From: Rotaria socialis | Lineage: Eukaryota | Length of the DNA stretch: 64,000 nt | Assembly: GCA_905331295.1 (NCBI GenBank) | Contig: CAJNYD010000432.1 | Coordinates: forward strand, 1-64,000 | Direction of reading: 5' to 3' | Shown: positions 1 to 13,159 of the stretch, piece after piece | Numbering within the stretch: the first letter of the stretch is position 1 | How the letters are laid out: the number at the start of each line of letters is the position of its first letter | Position numbers and translations under genes: made by a program | Notes under the pieces: model-generated | Told to the model about the DNA's origin: nothing | Database searches by the model: none | The model's input: the letters and a program-made list of their open reading frames with translations, nothing else

Positions 1-108
1 TTTGAGGGCCATTGGGTGCTCTGACAAATTCAGCGAGGTTATCGCCAGATAGAGCTCGCCAAGATCTATCTGGAGAGGCGTATCTCCATATTGGAGAACA
101 CTCCTGGA

Positions 109-261
109 CAAGGGGGAAAAGTTGATTTAACTCAGCTAAAAATCAAAATTAAATCAAATAAATCACTATAAATCAAATAAATCACTTTGAATCAAATAAA
201 TCACTTTGAATCAAATAAATCACCTTAAATCACAAAATCATAAATCACCTTTTCCCCCTTG
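109..261. mobile_element. Small MITE-like element with CAAGGGGG termini and internal ~19-bp tandem repeats
   Basis: Left end caagggggaaaagttgattta matches the reverse complement of the right end, caagggggaaaaggtgattta (20/21). Interior has about 4 copies of aatcaaataaatcactttg-like units. No TSD seen. Termini resemble the element at 12767-13159. Confidence 0.75.
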
Positions 262-370
262 GCAGAATAGCTATTCAGTAGCGTATGACATGATTTTTAC
301 TAGGGATATTTCTATGGAATTTTTCTATATACATATATAATCATTTGAAAGTTCAAAGTAAAAAAGCAGT

Positions 371-441
371 GACCGAATAAGGATTCGAACCTTAGGTATG
401 TGAACTAAGGAGTCAAAGCTCTTACCACTAAGCTATCCGGT
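371..441 (-). pseudogene. tRNA-like sequence (tRNA pseudogene or SINE head)
   Basis: Minus strand reads ACCGGA-TA-GCTT-AGTGGTAA-GAGC...TAAGG-TTCGAAT-CCTTA-TTCGGT. It has a Pol III A-box, a perfect T-arm with B-box and a 6-bp acceptor stem. The anticodon arm is mispaired, so no anticodon can be assigned. Confidence 0.65.
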
Positions 442-509
442 GTTGTTAGATAATTGTGAAGGCTTTAGAATAATAGTTATGGATATTAATCGATCCTGTC
501 ATGTATAGA

Positions 510-720
510 ATATATCCGCTCGAAAAATAATAAATCCTCTGGAGGATCGATTTATCTTAGAGAGTTAAATGCAAGTGAACGTACATAGATATATAAATCC
601 TTAATAAATCCGTTGAGAGAAAAATAGATCCGCTGGGGGACCGATTTACCTTAGAGAGTTAAATGCAAGTGAATGTACATAGAGATATAAATCCTTAATA
701 GATCGGCTGACATTAAAATG
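510..720 (+). repeat. Diverged tandem repeat, ~94-bp period, 2+ copies
   Basis: gatttatcttagagagttaaatgcaagtgaacgtacatagatatataaatccttaata at ~549 recurs at ~643 with few substitutions. Confidence 0.8.
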
Positions 721-1087
721 ATCCGCTAGGACATTATTTGTTCTGATAGGTGCTAGAACAGTCTCTGTTATAAAATAATATTGCTAGAATAAATCCGTTT
801 GATAAAATCGATCCGAGGATAGTTTCCATTGTGATAAATATAGATTTATATGATTTATAAAAGCATTTTCCCACGTCATACCACATGGAGAAAAGATCCC
901 GGAATTTTTAAAAGATCTAATAAATCCCAAAAAAATAAGTCCCGGTAGCCTCTCACTTCTGGCACAAACAACTCATTTTCTGTCCTGTCCTTGCATTTTC
1001 CCTGCCGAGTACTGTCAGTCGAGGGCCCAATGATTCGACTCTCGATGTCGATGAACGTTACTTGTGGTTAGAACTCATTAAATTATT

Positions 1088-2786
1088 CTATAGCAGGTTT
1101 ATACATGTTTCTTGCAAAATATCCAACGCTTTGATGAAGTATTTTAATGCCTGAGTTTTATCACCTCGACTGCTATGTACACTGTAAAAAAAATTCGTAG
1201 AATACTAAACCCTTACGGATTGATGAAAGTGCAACGTATAATAAACCCTTTTTCCATTTTTGAAAATTTTCATAAACCCTTAAAGGGTTTATGATTATGC
1301 GGAAAATACCCATTAGGGTTTATGAAAATTTTCAAAAACGGAAAAAGGGTTTATTATACGTTGCACTTTCATCAACCCTTTTTGGTTTTAGTATTCTACG
1401 GATTTTTTTTACAGTGTATTAATTCAATATCACGTAATGTTAGTACCATGCTCCACTTTGCAGCCGACCAAAGATTTTGATCTATAATTAAGGCTTGATT
1501 GTGGCAAATAAGTGCATCTTTAATGCGTTCTGCATCTAAATATGCAATACCCAATATTCGATAGAGTCAAGCCAGAATTAAACCTTCTAAAGGCATTAAT
1601 CGTAGGCGAATGTCGATTGATCGTTTTGCGAAGTCCATAGTAATTCTTTTGTAATTACTTTTGTATATCAAAAAGCCATAAAAGTCGAGAAAATCGATAT
1701 ACTCACGTCTGTTATTATTGTCATGTTCGTAAATCGTAATACCTATTTCGTATTGAATTCAGCATTAATAACATTTCGTTGTTGCCAACTGAGAACACAT
1801 TTCTGTAGCCATATATTAGCCATGTCAATTGATCTAGTTGCTATCCATAGAAGTGTTTTACATTTGGGCCAAAACTCGTTCTGTTTCGAACTAGCAGTGT
1901 ATTGGTCAAACTTATGGCAACGTTGATATCGCAGTTCTTCACTTGAACTGGCATCTTCCTTTCTATATATGTCTGGTGCCGTAGAAAATGCCTGGACATA
2001 CATATCGACTGTATGAGGGGCGAATGAATATGTTGCTGTTTGAGTAGTAAGTGTACATAACCATATGTTTTTTGATGAGTTAAATATCAAGTTTTCGACA
2101 AAAAACTGAGTACCAATATCGAAGAGAACTTCTTGTTCATCGGGGAACATGCTCAAATGAGCAATGTTAGCAGCTATTAGTAATGGTGAATTCCAGTCTG
2201 CCTTGATTTTAAGTAGCGATGCTTGTGATTCACTACCTTGTACTTGATCAGCACCAGCAAAGAAAATGGCAATTTGCCTATTCAGACTGGCGGACATAAA
2301 ACCTTTAGTGCGAATGACGGTGCCAACGAGATTTCGTAATATATCGAGCTCTTGTTCCGATTGTCGAAGTTCACAATACACAATAGTAATCCCTTTCATG
2401 ACTCCTTGTTGTTTATGTTTTAACTGCATGAGTTGTAAACTCAAATGAGTAATGTAGAAACGTATATTATGAAACATTTCTAGATCGCCTGTACGAAATA
2501 TCTTGTTGACAAATCGATAGAGAAAAATATCTTTTGTGAACCAGTGGACGGCATCCTGAGATCGATATCGTCGTGCGAACCAGTTAACAGAGGTCAGTTC
2601 TGTTTGCTGTCCCTGATAGTATTGATAACATCGATCAAGCATTGTAAGCATGCACATGATGTCGTCATTGATAATCGAAACAACGTTACATTCAAGTTGT
2701 TTGTAACAATGTTCAGCTGGTTGTAATAGACGGTGATGTATAGTAAGATCGATGTTCCATGGATCATCTATTATCATTTCTTCCAT
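1088..2786 (-). pseudogene. Disrupted ADP-ribosyltransferase (R-S-E type) + TPR gene
   Basis: ORF 1743-2789 has ART-like motifs: AVHWFTKDIFLYRFVNKIFR, KGFMSAS, FPDEQEVLFDIGTQF. The YRG motif reads YCE. A TPR-like reading continues downstream in another frame (LA*LYRILGIAYLDAERIKDALICHNQAL...GDKTQALKYFIKALDIL) with TAG at 1743, TGA at 1567-1569, a frameshift and a MITE insertion. It ends at TAG 1088-1090. Confidence 0.8.
1180..1416. mobile_element. Near-palindromic MITE, CACTG...CAGTG termini, TA TSD
   Basis: About 100 bp of inverted repeat (cactgtaaaaaaaattcgtagaatactaaa... / ...tttagtattctacggatttttttacagtg). Flanked by TA at 1178-1179 and 1417-1418. Confidence 0.92.
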
Positions 2787-4282
2787 CACGAATTAAAAAA
2801 AAGAGTATTATCAATAAAACAAATATCGGTGGTAGAAAATCTTACTAATGTTCAAATTAGTATCAGTTAGTAATCATTTTTCCTGCATAGATTGCTTATA
2901 TTGAATCGATATCAAGTTTGACCAAGACATGCAACAATGATTAGGATACCTAATAATAGATACATCAGCAATAGAATTTCATCGGTACACTAATTTTGTG
3001 AGATAATTAGAATGCATATCTTTCGACCATAATGTTTGCATCCATTGTTTTCGATACTTCATTATACGTGGCTCTTGCAAGAGACCCATTGAACATAGGT
3101 AATACTTCAGGTTATCTAACGATGTCGTCTTGTCAAATGGTTCTTCTTGCAAATATTTTGTACGCTTTCAAAATCAAAAGTATTACTTTGAAAGACATGC
3201 TTAAAATCTATATTTCGTTCTTTCCAGAGCTTAGATCAACATACATGAATGTGGCAGAAGATGAAACTTCACCAAATCACAAGCGCTCTTTTATGCTTAA
3301 TACTCGAAAAGAGAAGCGTCGACCTAGTTCGAGACTAAACTTTTATCATATAATCCGATGATCAAAATATTTTTCCTTATCTCAAACATCGAATGTAATT
3401 TTAAAAACAAGTGATATGATAACGGCATACATATGGCGATGAGAATCTTCCATCTTTGCGAGAGAAAAACTGAAATATTCCACTATTGACTTAATCTATT
3501 TTGCCGTAAAGCAAAAAAAGAACAATGTGATGGGTCTTTGCCAAATAAAAAAAGAAATGCAAAGTAGAAAGAAGAACAAGCAAAATTTCTGAAACACATC
3601 TTGCAAACTATCCACATTTATCCCCTAATGAAAATCAATACAGTATTTCTTGAATAATATTGATTGAAATGTTAGAAAGTACCATGGATTTTTCATGAAA
3701 GAAACAAAAGTCGAACTAATTCAAGTAACAATTGAAATAAGGAAATTATCAATGAACTTTTAATCAACTGTTACACCGAATAATTTCACATCGTATTCGT
3801 CACATCTGTCTTCCATTTACTCAAGGACGGCATTTAAATAATAGATTTTCTCATTACAATTGTCACATATTGTAGTTGATGTCACTACCGGTTTTTTTTC
3901 ATACTCTACGAATGTTGATTAAAATCATGCATTAATAATAAGAACGGCAATATTCAAAAATATATTATTGTTGTCACTAATAGAATATCAAGAATTAGAC
4001 CACCTCCTATTGTTCAAAGAAATACATGATATGATTCACTATTTACTTTCACTAGTCAAAAAAGAGAATGGAACTCTTCGAGGTTGTTTGGTTCACGTAA
4101 ACTTAAAGAATGTGATGCTTTCAATACTTTTTTTCAAAATAGTATGGATAGACCAAAATTTTGCAATACTTGATATCATCATACCAATGAATGCAGAGAA
4201 AAATATATTTCTGAGAATACTATCAACGAAATACGAATATATTGAAAGTTCAGTATTTTGTGTCCCAAAACGGGTAGATGAA

Positions 4283-4513
4283 TAGGGGTGGCACTTTAAC
4301 TTTAAATTGGCCGTAAAGTGCAGAGTTTAAAGTTGTTTAAAGTCACAGTTAAATGCTTCTTTTCGGCGTTTTATCTGTTGCAGAGAGTCTCACAAGCATG
4401 ACTAAATACGCCAATATAGTAAAAAGTATTAAAAAGAAGCGTTTAAAGGCGACTTCAAAACACTTTTAAACTTTAAACTTTACGGTTAAAGTAAAGTTAA
4501 AGTGCCACCCCAA
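4283..4513. mobile_element. hAT-like MITE with 8-bp TSD
   Basis: TIRs taggggtggcactttaacttta / taaagttaaagtgccaccccaa. TSD tagatgaa at 4275-4282 and 4514-4521. Confidence 0.9.
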
Positions 4514-4723
4514 TAGATGAATGGAATCGATACATATATTAACATTTTTCTATTGATTGAAATACAAATCATTTTCGGTATGAAACGAAAAATCAATCAT
4601 TAATGATTAGACTCAGGAAAAGCAATCAAATATTTGAAGAAAAAAATATTTTTCAACAACAGGTATTTAATTCAAGAAAAAAAAATAATCATACACATAA
4701 ATATATTTAAATTGAAAAATGAA

Positions 4724-5299
4724 TTATTTTTTTAATCTCGATCGTTTCCGATATTTGCCAAATAGAATTTTTCCAAATGCCTGTCGAAAATCAGGTGCAA
4801 ATATTGTATAGATCACAGGGTTCAACATACTATTCAAATAACCCAACCATGTTAATACACTGATCATTTTTTCATTTATTGTTAAATGAAATATTCCGCA
4901 TACTGTTTCTTCAATGAAAAATGGTAACCAACATAGTATAAAGCAGCCCATAACAACACCAAGCACTTTTGTTGCTTTACGTTCGCGTTTAACATCAGTT
5001 TTTTTTCGTGCCGACATTAATGGAGATTTCGGTACAGATATATGATGTGTGTCTGTTATAACTATATGTGCACGAGGAAGATGTGGAGAACTGGATGGTG
5101 TAGAATTTGGTGTTACTAATGGATTTTGAATTGTATTCATTGGAATTGTTAAATCATTAGTGAATGTTGATGTTAACAAGGGTGGTACAACTGGATTAGA
5201 ATGATTGATGTTTTGTTCAAGTTGATCTTCAAAATTCTTTTTATGTTTTTTCTTTAGTAGAACAAAATGTGTTTTTTTAAGTGTTTTTAGTTGACAATC

Positions 5300-5338
<39 letters not shown>

Positions 5339-7162
5339 TTGATGATTTATTGGTAATGAATATGTTGATACATTATCAGGTTCGATATCATTTGCATTAT
5401 TCATTATCGAATGACTTTTTCTTAGAAATTTTAAATGCTCTAATGGTGAATGTTTTTTATCTATTTCATGATTTGCTGTTGTTATGTGTGTTGAAGATGA
5501 TATTTCATGCTGTGGATGAGTCAATGTAGGCGTAGCAGGTGGATTTGAAGTGAATGCTTTACGTCTTATACGAAATTTTGCTGCTTGAAAGATTTTCCAA
5601 TAGATAATACACATACCAATCAGTGGAATATAAAAAGCTCCGACAGTTGAAATAATTGTGTACGTAACATTGCCTATTATTTGACATTGGCCGGCTAGGC
5701 GACCTTGTTTGTTACGAAATATAGGGAATGAATGAGAACTTGCAATGAGAATGGAAGTCGCCCAGATAATACAAATAAGAACAAGAACTCGGCCAGGTGT
5801 TCGTTTTGTTGCATAGTCCACTGATTAATTAGTAAAACAAAAAAAAAGAGATTTCCGCAGATCATATTATGTAAAATATTCAAGAGACGACTAATGAGTT
5901 ATATTTTTCAAATATTATACATTTCCGAATATTGATTAAGCTGAATCAATATAGACGCATGTTAGAACTTGACGTCTTCATAGGAGAAAATAAATAAGTC
6001 ATTTGTCTGGATCACGAAAGCAATTAGGTCTGGGACTGATATGACAAACGTTACTCTACGACTAAGAATCAATTACAAGTCAAATCGAACAAAATTATTA
6101 TCGTCATTGCCTGAGAAATGTCTAAAGTGCACTAGTGACCAAGTAAAAATAATTACAGACAAAGTCAAGTCATATTTATCCAGCAATGTTCAAATATGAT
6201 TTAGAACATATGATTGAGAATACAAATGAGTACTATATATACTTTCAGATTAAGCAGAGACTTTTACTCTATCATCAGTAGTATCCTGCTTTTTGTGAAA
6301 CAAAAACTTTTGGTAAAAACTTATTTGCCCTATTAAAATTTTTAACACTTTCGAAAGTATTTGTCCGGAAGTTCAGCCAGTCTTATGTGAAACATGCTAG
6401 TAGTTAAAGTCTGTGTTCTTTCACCTATTTCTTTTCTAAATAAATGTTAACGAGAAACTGATCGTCAATCGAAGCCAATATGAATTTCGATCGAAAAACA
6501 AAAGATTTCATTGAAAATTTTCCTTCAAACTTCAAAACTTTCAATAGTTAAATTTCAAATGTCTCCGCACTATAAATTTTATTATGTCAAATGAAATTTT
6601 CTCAATCTTGCTATGAAAAACATTTAGTTTTACATAATAAAAAAAGGACACCCTCAAGACTTGAATATAAAGTCAAACATATTTTTTCTAATAGCAATTT
6701 TGTCAGGACTAAGACTCATGATTTTCTTGTTATTTCCTAATGAAAAATATGTGGCAAGAAAATTATTATCGATTTCGATTTTGTTTTCTAAATAAAACTT
6801 ACTTACAATTAGTTATAGCCCAATAACGATCGAGGGCTATTGCAACAAGATGTAGTATTGAAGCTGTGCAACATAACAGATCGATCATCACCCAAATATC
6901 GCAAACAATGCTGCCGAGCACCCATGAACGTGTCACTTCTTTTAGAATAGCTACTGGCATCACCTAAAGAAATTTTCAATTAAAATATTTGATTTCTACT
7001 TCTTTATCTTCACAAACAATTCTTATTCAAACGAAGAAATCATTTTTGTTGTTATCTAATTTTATGTATTAAACTAAACAATTTGCATTTGTTTTCAATT
7101 TATCATGCAAAATATCTATTCAAGTGGTCTACTATACATGCTATTCTCGTTTCCTATTAATG

Positions 7163-7199
<37 letters not shown>

Positions 7200-9076
7200 T
7201 TGCATGCACATCAAGAATACTTGACAAAAAAATAATCAACTTCGTATTTATTCCTGATAGACTTTGCAATTTACACTGAATACAATATGCAACATAGTTC
7301 ACATTGTGACTCTTGAATTCCAATTTATATTCAACTGGTATATTGCACTGTAAAAATTCATCATAAAAAACTGATACATTTGCATAAATATAAGTCAGTT
7401 TATGAGGTAAACGAGTATCTAATAAATAGATAAATAATATTTTATTTGATTAAATCAAATTTCTCAAGCATAAATGTCGGTAATAATGAAGTCAATATGG
7501 TATGATAAGCAATTAGTACGTCAGTTAATTTGATCGACAATTTTACTCAGATGACTGAAAAACATCTTATTTCAAAATGAAAGTACTTTTGTTTCTTTTG
7601 ATTTCTCTATGTTCATATATTTAACATATAGATATAGGCGTTTTACAGCAAGCATCTGTGGCTGTAACATGTTCTATTTTTTTATTTTTATCTATTCATT
7701 GAGAGCAATCGATGATAAAAAAAATACAAAGAAAATATAGGTGATGACTGAATCATTCTTGTTGTTTTCCAATTATAAGACTTAACCAACATATTGTGCG
7801 CGACATAACAATAATAAAATCAAATTGGGCCTTTGCACCATGAAAGTAGCAAAGAAACGAGATTTTTTTGTTCTTTTTATCTATGTGTATATCGCGATCA
7901 TCAAGCATTTTCTCTAGTAGCAATAACAAATAACAAACCCCGGTACGAATAGGCACAGTCATAGTAACAGCTGGATGGCTGGTTTTCTTTTCTCTGTTTT
8001 CTATCAACATATTGTCTACAATATATATTTTTAGCATGCTTAAACTAAAGAGAAAAAAAGCTAGTGTCCTTGTGCATATGAGACAACATGGATCATCTTC
8101 GGCGTATCATTTATCATCAAAATGAGATATCGTATACTCTGATCAATTATCTATGCTTGTCTTGACGATATAACCAAGAGTTTAGTGTATTTATTTATTC
8201 TCTCATAAATGACGTCGATTGAAGAAGAAGAAGAAGAAGAAGAAGAAGAAGAAGCAAGAAGAGGAGGAGGAGAAGAAGACGAAGACGAAGATGGAAAATA
8301 AGAATAGTAAGTTCTATTTTTTCCATATTATAATCAAATAAAAATAGAAATCGTCACAACACATGTGTACATCATAAAAAATCAATTTTCATTTGTATAA
8401 AACAGCAAATATGTAGTACACATGTGAATGCTTAATAAAACAAGAAAAGACTTTCAAGACAATGCTTTAGTTCGTACAATGAAAACTTATATTGATAACT
8501 ACAGACACTCTGTAAATACTCTCGACTAACAGAAGAACAAAACTCTCGTGTTTATAATAGACTGATATATATTAAAATGCACGTCACATGATCAATTAAA
8601 GGATTCTCTATTAGAATTAACATTTAAAATCACAGGATATGCTTGTTTAATCGATACTCTTGCGTTTTGTTTTAAAGTATTGAATAGAAGACAAAAAAGA
8701 ACTAAAAAGTAGAAAATCACTGACTTACCATAGTAGCTACCATTAAATCGGCAACAGCTAAGGATACAAAAAGATAATAAGCAACTGAATGAAGATTTCT
8801 TTCTAAAATAACCGCAGCAATAACTAATATATTTCCTGTTATTGTTGATAAAACGATTGCACCCAGAATAATAGCTGTTATAATACAATGTTGTAAAGAT
8901 ACAAGGATTGATGATGATACTGGATGACTAGTTGATGTTATCAATTCTGTATTTGAATGTTCACCAATGTTTAATAGATTTGAATGGAGTACATCGCCAA
9001 ATATGGTTGATGATGAATTCAATTGTGCGTGTGTATCATTCACACATGAAAGATTGTAAGTTAATACACAGTCCAT
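4724..9076 (-). CDS. Biogenic amine GPCR, serotonin 5-HT1-like (3 exons: 9076-8729, 6963-6807, 5820-4724; 533 aa)
   Basis: TM1 [11 protein letters not shown]2 SLAVADL, TM3 [24 protein letters not shown] (amine-binding Asp and DRY), TM5 [10 protein letters not shown], long ICL3 ending [11 protein letters not shown]6 CWLPFF, TM7 [13 protein letters not shown] introns are phase-consistent. Confidence 0.92.
5299..5340 (-). repeat. (CAT)n coding microsatellite giving a poly-His tract in GPCR ICL3
   Basis: gatgatgat... on the + strand translates to the H run in ORF 4724-5821. Confidence 0.9.
7163..7198. repeat. Compound (TA)n(TG)n microsatellite, intronic
   Basis: Seen directly in the sequence. 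Confidence 0.9.
8221..8292. repeat. (GAA)n/(GAG)n microsatellite, intronic
   Basis: Seen directly in the sequence. Confidence 0.9.
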
Positions 9077-12000
9077 TGAATTGGCGATCAAATAAAAGAA
9101 AACGTTTCGATTCGAAAACAATGCTAATTATAAAAATATCAATCAAGTTGATAGTAATATCTAATGATTTAAGTTCAATTCGATGTACTAAAATCGGGTT
9201 ATGGGTACGAATTAAAGGAAACCAAAAGGGTGAGGCCATAAACTGACCAAAGTGTTAAAAATAACCTTCTTCACCGGTTCACCCCTATCATTGTAAAGAA
9301 AACAATATGCTGTAAAACAATATCTACTATGCAAACAAAATGATGAAACAATAAGTAATATTTCTCTTTTTTTTTATGAAAGACGAAAGAGAAACAAAGA
9401 CAGATAGAGCACACAAGAAAGAGAATAAGTCTGAATACTTTGACTAGTTGGTAGCCTGTCTTATATTTCTCTTAAGAGTCTCTTTCTCCTCTTGATGCCT
9501 TAAAAACAATAATCGTCGTTTGAACAACAACTCTAATATCTAGCGAAAAACAAAACAATTGATATTGTGTCCTATATAGTTGACAAATAACAGGATAAAA
9601 ATCAGTTGCGTAAATATATTTGTTTTTTTGACTACACTATTTTTAGACTATTGGTATAATTGACAAGTCATTTTTTAGGCTTTCTACTAAAACAACTTTC
9701 CTATCTCGGTCAAATGATAGCAATACGAAAAACTCCTATGTGAATAATATTTTCTTCTGATCTTTTGATGAAAAAAATTATGAAGAAAACTCAGTCTAAC
9801 AATTTAATATCAGATCAAAACATCATAACTTCTTTAAAGAGTTTTAGCTTTGCATTAAGATAATATGGAGAAAAGCAAATTCACTGATATTTAATAATAG
9901 AAAATAGGCACAAATCAGTTGTATAAAAAACAATGAATTGTACTCATGAAATAGAATCATTTAATTAAAATTATTTTTTCAAGGAAAATAAAAACAATGG
10001 AAATAATATCCTTGTTCATACTTGTATATTCTATACTAAGTCGAAGATTGACGCCACTGTTTTAAATACGTCAAATATATCTCTATATTTAGAAGCGTAG
10101 TATAAATACTAGTCGAGCTCTTTCTATTGCTTTCTCTATCTCTCTCTTGCTTTCAATTTGGGAAACAAAAAGAAATGGCAATCGACAAGCACTACAAAAG
10201 TTATATGTTGCGCCTCCCTTCCTTCTTTATACTCTAACTCTACAGAGACCACTTTCTGTCATTTGTATGCGCCCCAGTAGTACCGCAGCATCTGCCATCG
10301 CCGACAAAACATCATCAATCATCACCTATATATTTATTATCTTGTTATTCAATTCAAAGAGAACTATGATTACAGTTATTAAAGTGTTCGTTTTTCTCAC
10401 CTGTATTCATTTATATAAGATACAATGAAGAAAACCAAGATAAAAGAAAAGTTTTATCTGTGATTCTATTTCTAACTGGATTAGTGCGATGATGTACTCA
10501 GAAAAGTTAATCATACAACTCGATTAAGTACTTTCTTCTCTGTTTTTTTTGTGTCATACGAATAAGCGAATTCTCTATTGAATGGCAATCAGTGGAAGAA
10601 TTTTTTTGCGCGTATGTGCATGCATAGATAATTTTTTTCCTAGCCATGATCACAATTATTTAGAATAAGAAGCACTGTAAGAGCTGAACATGTCTTCTAT
10701 AAATGAGCATATGGGTATCGATAATGTGTAAAATGTTTAGTCATCTATATTTGAGTAGGTTTTGTATTCAGTTTGCTCATCGTTAAAGAACTAGTTCATT
10801 TTTTTTTGTTCCAATAGATAATGTGACTAGTTAAATATGTCTCTTATGACCCGTTCTAATAGTGTTCTATGTGCTTTTGTGCATTAGTTGTGCGGAACAA
10901 CAAAACATTTCTATCGAAGTGAAGTGATACATTTGACAGAGATGCACAAGAGTGTCTATACAGACGATGAGGAGTCGAATCACCCAACAAACGGAAATAG
11001 GAGGAAAAAAACGAGAAAAACACTTCTAATGCTAGTCAGCTTGTTCGATGCATTAATTTCATTTCATGCATACATATATGATCAATGACTACTAGTGTTC
11101 CCCTAGTGAAATATTTAGACATCATCAAGTCATTATCACATTCGTCTTCTTATTTTCACTCATCGTTCGGCTATAAGTCTACAGAGATCAATTCACTCAC
11201 TTGAATGAGCTTTGATTGTATACGATGAATATCGTTCCAAAAGCAAAAATCGATTTTCGATGAAAAAACAAGTCGTAGAATAAAAAAAAGAGGAAAAGTT
11301 GCTTCAATTCAAATTGTTTATTAACGAGAATTGTCTATACAACTGATGCCAAAATAAAAATAGCCCATCAATCCAAAGTTTATCCTCAAAGTAATATTGT
11401 AAATACGAAACTCAAGTGATTCGTTATTTACTTTCAACGTATGGAAAAGAATTTGTCAAGACATTCTGAACAGAGGAAGAAGAAGAAGAGAAAGCCTTGA
11501 GGCATGTGTTCTCAACGCAGCTTGGGTCGAAGATACTTCGATAAATGTTAAAAAATAAAATAAAGGTGTAAAATGATTGAGGGTAACAAATGAAAACGGG
11601 AATGAGAACAGAGATGAGTGTTTTTGAAGCAAATAAAAGATTTTTGATTCAAAAGGACCGAGCATTGATCCAGAATCAAATATTCATAGTAAATAAATCT
11701 TGATTTTCTTTCAAACGATCAATATATTCTTAGAGTTGTGTTTATAGAATATTGTTCGAATACTCAATGGACCTCATTAGGACAAAGAAGAAGAAGAAAA
11801 GGCACCCATCATGACAGTAGCTCTTACTATGGATCTAAATGCTTTGTTTGCTTCACAGCAGTTGTTTCCGTCCTTTGTTTCAAGAATAAAGACGAACAGT
11901 GAGATATTGGAGTTCGACACATGGCAATAGCTTAAAAAACCATTGACAATCATCTTCTCTGAAATCGGAAAGAGTTCGTACATAACTTTCTCTAGCCACA

Positions 12001-12766
12001 TTAGACAGCTTTCTTCTTTTTTTTTGCTCACATTCTTTTATATTTAAAGATGACATAAAAAAAATAATCAATGTAAGCTATATTGAGAAAAATGATGTGC
12101 TTGGAAAAGAATAAGAATGAAGAAAAGTGTCAGATTTCTATCGATGATTGGCTATGTTTGTCTTTCTTGTTTTAATATTTCTTTTGTTTTGTCTTTGTTT
12201 AATACAAAAAAATAATGATAATAATAATAAATTGATTTGATTGAATTAGTGAGTGGATTTACTTTATTCTTATCGATTGTTGTAAATCGAATTAGAACAC
12301 AATTCATTCTATTTTGTAAGCTCGATAATATGTCCGCCAATTTGATTTTCAGCTTGATCAATCTTCAAGAAAAACAATGAATGATTTATCGTTGAGTAGT
12401 TTGTTTTCTCTTATCTGGTTAATGTGAAAATGAAATTAATGTCGTCAGCAATTCTTTGAAAGAATTTTCATCATAGGATATGCAGGTAAAAGGTGTTGTT
12501 TAAACATCATTCGACATTAATGCTTTCAGCTGGGTTCGATCCAATGAGTCAATATACTATACTGTTAACCCACTCGATCAAAATATATTGACCGTGGTCG
12601 TGCATTCTTACTATCTTATACACCAACACGTCAAAGTCAAATATTAGTATTCGGGAATAAAAATTGGTTCATTAGAAACTTGTTTATTATGCAACTAAAT
12701 TGATCTTTTCTCATGTTTTTTTCTCTACTGATATTAATTATCATGTTTTTCTTTTTATATTCTAAG

Positions 12767-13159
12767 CAAGGGGGAGTAAACTGATTTCCATGATTTCTTT
12801 GATTTCTTATGATTTCCAGTGATTTCTTTTGCTTGAAATCAATTTTTATGAGATCATTGCAAACCAGCAGAAATCATTGGAAACGTTTAGAAATGTTGAA
12901 AAATTATGAGAGATCAATAGAAATCAGCAGTGGCCACTGAAAACATTGCACATTCCGAAAAAGAAGGAAATTAATAAAAATCATCAGTAATCAATAGAAA
13001 TAATTATTTTCTTTCGCTATATAGTTCGAGAATTTCTATGATTTACATTTATTTACATTTGTTTCTTGTAATTTCTAACAGCTGAATCATTATTCACATC
13101 TTTCATGTATGATGATTTCTAGTGATTTCTATGCCAGAAAATCAGTTTGTTCCCCCTTG
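12767..13159. mobile_element. MITE with CAAGGGGG termini and 8-bp TSD (P- or hAT-like)
   Basis: Left end caagggggagtaaactgattt; reverse complement of right end caagggggaacaaactgattt. TSD attctaag at 12759-12766 and 13160-13167. Interior rich in gatttc/gaaatc motifs. Confidence 0.9.

Noticed and set aside
140..250. Short regularly spaced repeats resembling a CRISPR array
   Set aside because: Units are contiguous with no unique spacers, lie inside a TIR element, and no cas genes are present.
2790..3360. Possible decayed upstream exon of the ART-TPR pseudogene, and the 109-aa plus-strand ORF
   Set aside because: Stops in the minus-strand frames examined and no diagnostic motif; the plus ORF has no support.
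5281..5529. Plus-strand ORF with poly-Asp
   Set aside because: Antisense shadow of the GPCR (CAT)n tract.
7346..7650. Possible older CACTG-type MITE (cactgtaaaa ... ttttacagca)
   Set aside because: Only about 8 bp of inverted match, with no TSD or internal symmetry.
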